Of a stretch of DNA of 64,000 bases, positions 59,585 to 64,000 are shown piece by piece. A program made the translations under genes and the position numbers. The stretch covers positions 19,592,001-19,656,000 of the forward strand of contig OX597814.1 in assembly GCA_951406725.2 (NCBI GenBank), given 5' to 3'. Origin of the DNA: Octopus vulgaris (taxonomy: Eukaryota). Positions within the stretch are counted from its first letter, which is position 1. The number at the start of each line of letters is the position of its first letter. The notes beneath the pieces were generated by a model. The model was not told where the DNA came from and did not search any database. It saw only the letters and a list, made by a program, of their open reading frames with translations.

Positions 59585-60081
59585 CACCGTGTGTGTTGCG
59601 TGAATTTAATTTTTCTTGTCTTCTCGATAATAAAGTAAGATTTAGCTTCTGATAAAAATTTATGGCTTTTCTCTTTTATATTCTTTGAAAAATATGTCAA
59701 AAGTTACTTACAGGGATTTCATCTGAACCCATAGATATGAGGAAACTTACAAGAACACAGGAAGATATACACGCATTGTTGTATATACATACATACATGT
59801 GTTGGTGTGTGTATGTGTGTGTGCGTGTGTGTGTATTTATATATGAACATAAATTTATACAAGCGTCTATATGTGTGTTCGATGTGTTTGCGAGTGTGTT
59901 CGTTAGTGTAACAGCCGTAAATTTCTTTCTCTGTAACCATATCACTCTTTCACTCTGTTACTTGTTTCAGTCATGAGAGTGCGGCCATGCTGGAGCACCG
60001 CCTTTACTCGAGCAAATCGACCCCAGGACTTATTCTTTGTAAGCCTAGTACTTATTCTATCGGTCGCTTTTGCCGAACCGC

Positions 60082-60139
<58 letters not shown>

Positions 60140-60222
60140 GGTCCCGGGTTGATTCGGGGTTAACCACAGTAAATAAGGTACTCAATACATAGCAGAGTAA
60201 AATTAATTTATTATATAGAAGG

Positions 60223-60273
60223 AGCTTCTACAGGACTAGAACTGTTTCATTCAAGAGAAATCAGCAGGAAGCT
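60223..60273 (-). ncRNA. Type I hammerhead motif with 6-bp stem I and a full stem III; core CUGCUGA
   Basis: Reverse complement: agcttc-CTGCTGA-tttc-tctt-gaat-GAAA-cag-ttctagtc-ctg-TA-gaagct. Confidence 0.72.
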
Positions 60274-60325
60274 AGTTAACAAGAATTGTATTGGCATTTA
60301 TACATTTAGGCAGGTATATATATAC

Positions 60326-60365
<40 letters not shown>

Positions 60366-60387
60366 GGGTGTATATATGTATATGTAT

Positions 60388-60572
60388 AGGCATATGGCCT
60401 CGTGGTTAGAGCAGCGGACTCGCAGGGTCGAGGGATCGCGGGTTCGAATCTCAGACTGAGCGATGTGTGTGTTTATGAGCGAAACACTTAAGCTCCACGC
60501 GGTTCCGGCAGAAGGTAATGGCGATCTTTTGCTGACTCTTTCGCCACAACATTCTCTCACTCTTTCCTCTTA
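60388..60572 (+). mobile_element. SINE family B, 5' part
   Basis: tggcctcgtggttagagcag and gggttcgaatctc boxes. Confidence 0.85.
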
Positions 60573-60585
60573 CATCAGCGTGAGT

Positions 60586-60774
60586 ACCGCTGGCGATTTT
60601 TTTTCCTCTGTCTTCCCTTCTCGGGATCTTTCCTTCTCCTATGTTTCCGACGAAGAGCTCCGCTCGAAACGTTAGACCCTCTTTCTTCCCTTCTTTCCTG
60701 AGCGTCCAATAATACTTTATTTGTTCCACGTCCTCGCGTTGTTGTATTTTTTTGTGTTTTCTTGTTTGGATTAA

Positions 60775-60777
<3 letters not shown>
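60586..60777 (+). mobile_element. Short element with a minimal hammerhead motif (60643-60677), core CCGACGA
   Basis: gttt-CCGACGA-a-gagc-tcc-gctc-GAAA-cg-tt-agac. Confidence 0.7.
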
Positions 60778-60855
<78 letters not shown>

Positions 60856-60858
<3 letters not shown>

Positions 60859-61008
60859 AGAATTCACAAAAAACAAAAGACAAAGACAGATGGTGTAGAC
60901 AACAAACAGATGTATTAGTATAACGCTTGGGAAGTGAAAAAGCTTTTAACGTTTCGAGCCTGCGCTCTTTCACAGAAAGGAACACAGAAAGATACAAGGA
61001 GAGAAAAT
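60856..61008 (-). mobile_element. CUGUNGA-family hammerhead-like element copy (motif 60943-60979)
   Basis: Reverse complement: cttt-CTGTGAA-a-gagc-gcag-gctc-GAAA-cg-tt-aaaag. Confidence 0.68.
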
Positions 61009-61046
61009 AATATATATATATACATAGATATATATATATAGATAGG

Positions 61047-61120
<74 letters not shown>

Positions 61121-61175
61121 TAGATATAGATATATATTTGTGTATGTATGTATGTATGTATGTATGTATGTATGT

Positions 61176-61728
61176 CAGGTCACTTTCGCGTGCTACTGGT
61201 AACATGTAACCCAGTACAACCTGTTGCATGATCGGGTTGTCGGCGACTAAACCGGCAACCCCACCAAGCTTGCTTGGTGAGGAGGGTGTTTAATGGACAC
61301 CCTGCGGGATGAAAAACAAAACCCGTCAAAGGGCGGAGGAACTCTTGAGAGTGAACGGCCATCCAATAAATGTCTTAAGGCTGTATCATGCGCGGGGACA
61401 TAGAAATAATTGGACTGAATACCCGATCGCGCGGTTAAACCATTGGGAGTGAATGACTCCTAGCCTTTGTTAGGGCATCCTTCTAGGAGAAGGTAACTCG
61501 GGTAACTGGGATAACTCCGACATAAAACCTGCGGCTCAGTGATTACCGATGATGTTGACTTGTTCTTCTTTTCGGATTATGGCTGATGTTGCTTAGTGAG
61601 TGGGATTGACTCAGTGCACAGCCTTTCCTCACTTTAAAAAAAAAATCTTCTTGCACAGGCATTGCACGATAACAACATTGATTAAGCTTCGTGCAATGAC
61701 CATACTCGATAACGAGGGGGCAGCCACC
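61176..61728 (+). mobile_element. Non-coding, probably RTE-derived bipartite element within (TATG)n
   Basis: GC-richer and hairpin-rich; gggcatccttctaggagaaggtaactc resembles RTE 5'-UTR motifs; ends cgagggggcagccacc-(atgt)n; no RT ORF. Confidence 0.55.
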
Positions 61729-62023
61729 ATGTATGTATGTATGTATGTATGTATGTATGTATGTATGTATGTATGTATGTATGTATGTATGTATGTATAA
61801 GTACACTTTGTGACATGTTGCTATGAAATATACATGCGAGCGTTCGGGGTGTGCTGTCGCTATGCGTTACGTCTAGTGCGTACGAATAGTAGAAGCGGAT
61901 GCTACGACATGGTCCTATTCACAAAATGCTTTCACTGGAGAACTTAAAATGTTCTTTACAATTAAGTAGATTTCAGCATTATAGTGAAGGACGGCAAGGT
62001 TCATTTCGTCTTGTGCCCTCTAA

Positions 62024-62229
62024 CTCTTTTACTCTTTTGCTTGTTTCAGTCATTTGACTGCGGCCATGCTGGAGCACCGCCTTAGTCGAGGAAATCGATC
62101 CCAGGACTTATTCTTTGTAAGCCTAGCACATATTCTATCGGTCTCTGTTGCCGAACCGCTAAGTTACGGGGACGTAAACACACCAGTTGTCAAACGATGT
62201 TGGGGAGACAAACACAGACTCACAAACAT

Positions 62230-62282
<53 letters not shown>

Positions 62283-62460
62283 TATACATATATATACGAC
62301 GGGCTTCTTTCAATTTCCGTCTATCAAACCCACTCACAAGGCTTTGGTCGGCTCGAGGCTATAGTAGACGACGCTTGCCCAAGGTGCCACGCAGTGTGAC
62401 TGAGCCCAGAACCATGTGGCTGGTAAGCAAGCTACTTACCATACAGCCACTCCTACGCCT
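62024..62460 (-). mobile_element. Full-length SINE family A
   Basis: Reverse complement of consensus. Confidence 0.92.
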
Positions 62461-62670
62461 GGCAATGTTTTTTTCGTCTTACGACCTCTAACTAATGAAA
62501 GAACATGAAGCACTGGTTATTTAATTTGCGTCACACGGGTAGAAGCAATTTAACTCGTCTTCCAGATTGGATCGAATGTAGGATTGGTTACAGTATGGGT
62601 TTCTCAATGTATTTTCTTCATACATATGCCTTTTGTGTGGTTTCGGAATTTAATACATTTATAATAACAT

Positions 62671-63803
62671 GGACCATATATTTACTCTAACGCAACTGCT
62701 TGAGCGAGCAAATGAGTACAAGCTGCCTCTTTGCGTTGCGTTTGTAGACTATGAGAAGGCCTTCGATACCGTCGAAACCAACGCAGCGCTGAACTCGCTG
62801 CAGAGGCAAGGAGTCGAAGCGCAATATGTGCAGCTGCTCAGGGAGGCAAATTCCGGATGTACCACCGACATAGCTCTACTGTTATCACCCATACGAGTGC
62901 CGGTCGACAAGGGAGTGAAGCAAGGAGATACAATCTCCCCAAAACTTTTCACCGCATGTCTCGAACAGATCATCAGAGGCATCGACTGGCAAGGCGGTGT
63001 CAACATCAATGGCGAGCTCCTCACCCACCTCCGTTTCGCTGATGACATCGTACTCATCGCTGAAAACACGGATCAGCTTCAGACCATGCTGACGGAGCTC
63101 GAAATCAAAAGCTCTGCAGTAGGTCTCAAGATGAACCGCATGAAAACAAAGTTCATGCGGTCAGACAACGTACTAACAGGTCGAATGGTGATCGGCAGTG
63201 ATGAAATAGAGGAGGTAAGGGAATATGTCTACTTGGGACAGGAAGTGAATATGTGCCGAGATATCGAAAAGGAGATCTCACGGAGAGTAAGGGCCGGATG
63301 GAAGGCGTTTAATGGCATAAGGGAAGGTTGGACAGGATCACCCGCGCCAACCTCATTAACAGTACAGTTCTACCTGCAATGTTATATGGAAATGAAACAT
63401 GGGCTACCACAAAGAGAGAAGAGCAGAGACTGGTAACGGATCAAAGAGCCATGGAAAGGTCAAAGCTTCATATCTCGTTGAGAGAGCACATCAGTAGCGA
63501 GATCATCAGAAAGAAGTCCGGCGTGAGAGATGTCATCGCAAAGTATACACGCAGCAAGTATAGATGGGCTGGACACGTCGCCCGGCTCACCGATAATCGG
63601 TGGACCCACGCTGTTGTCGAGTGGTACTCGCGCGAGCGGAAAAGACCACCCGGAAGACCTCCTCGACGGTGGAGTTACGATTTCAGGAGGACGATTGGGA
63701 TCACGTGGATGAGAAAGGCGCGATCCAGAGAGAAGTAGACAGCGTGCTGTGACCAGTGGTATCAAATAGACGCCTGACGGACTGGTCGGTCAAGGCGAAG
63801 GTG
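62671..63803 (+). mobile_element. 5'-truncated RTE-clade LINE (RT domain to 3' end) with one frameshift near 63325 and a 10-bp TSD
   Basis: FVDYEKAFD, KGVKQGDTISPKLF, LRFADDIVL, YVYLG; second frame continues STVLPAMLYGNETW..RWAGHVAR..GRPPRRW; TSD ATAATAACAT at 62661-62670 and 63804-63813. Confidence 0.95.
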
Positions 63804-63856
63804 ATAATAACATAATTGTCATTGTAATAAACATGGCAGTGTTGAAATAGGACGAA

Positions 63857-64000
63857 TGTTGCTGTAATTTAGCCCCAGGAGACATCATCTCCAGCTGGCT
63901 ATACGACACGATCTGTGTCCTTATATTTTCGAACAAGGACACAGATCGTGTCGTATAACCAGCTGGAGACAATGTCTCATGGGACTAATTTGCAGCAACA
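63857..64000. repeat. Foldback/MITE-like inverted repeat with ~66-bp arms, cut by the window end
   Basis: tgttgctg..tctccagctggctatacgacacgatctgtgtcctt / aaggacacagatcgtgtcgtataaccagctggaga..gcagcaaca. Confidence 0.88.

Noticed and set aside
62749-63069. Antisense 106-aa ORF
   Set aside because: Shadow of the RTE reverse transcriptase frame

Overview
AT-rich, repeat-saturated eukaryotic DNA, intergenic or intronic, with one 100-N assembly gap (43932-44031). The SINE families and very dense (TA)n/(CA)n/(TATG)n/(GATA)n/(AAT)n microsatellites look like an Octopus (coleoid cephalopod) genome; this is recognition by eye, not a search result. I found no convincing host protein-coding exon, and almost all supplied ORFs are translations of microsatellites or SINEs. 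Contents: about 25 copies of three tRNA-derived SINE families; decayed Tc1/mariner transposases; non-autonomous Helitrons; a hAT MITE with an 8-bp TSD; a 5'-truncated Dong/R4 element inside (AAT)n; RTE LINE pieces, including a young copy with a 10-bp TSD; and Penelope-like (PLE) RT remnants. The most striking unannotated signal is a dozen or more type-I hammerhead-ribozyme (HHR) motifs. They belong to several short non-coding element families whose 3' ends mostly abut (TA)n, and several carry recurring non-canonical cores (CUGUNGA, CCGANGA, CUGCUGA). They include head-to-head inverted HHR pairs and a tRNA-headed element with an HHR tail. Also seen: a 5.8S-rRNA/SINE chimeric retro-insert inside a mariner broken by a ~630-bp inversion, and a possible HDV-like ribozyme at the 5' end of an RTE-derived element. 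All structures were paired by eye and none was tested.
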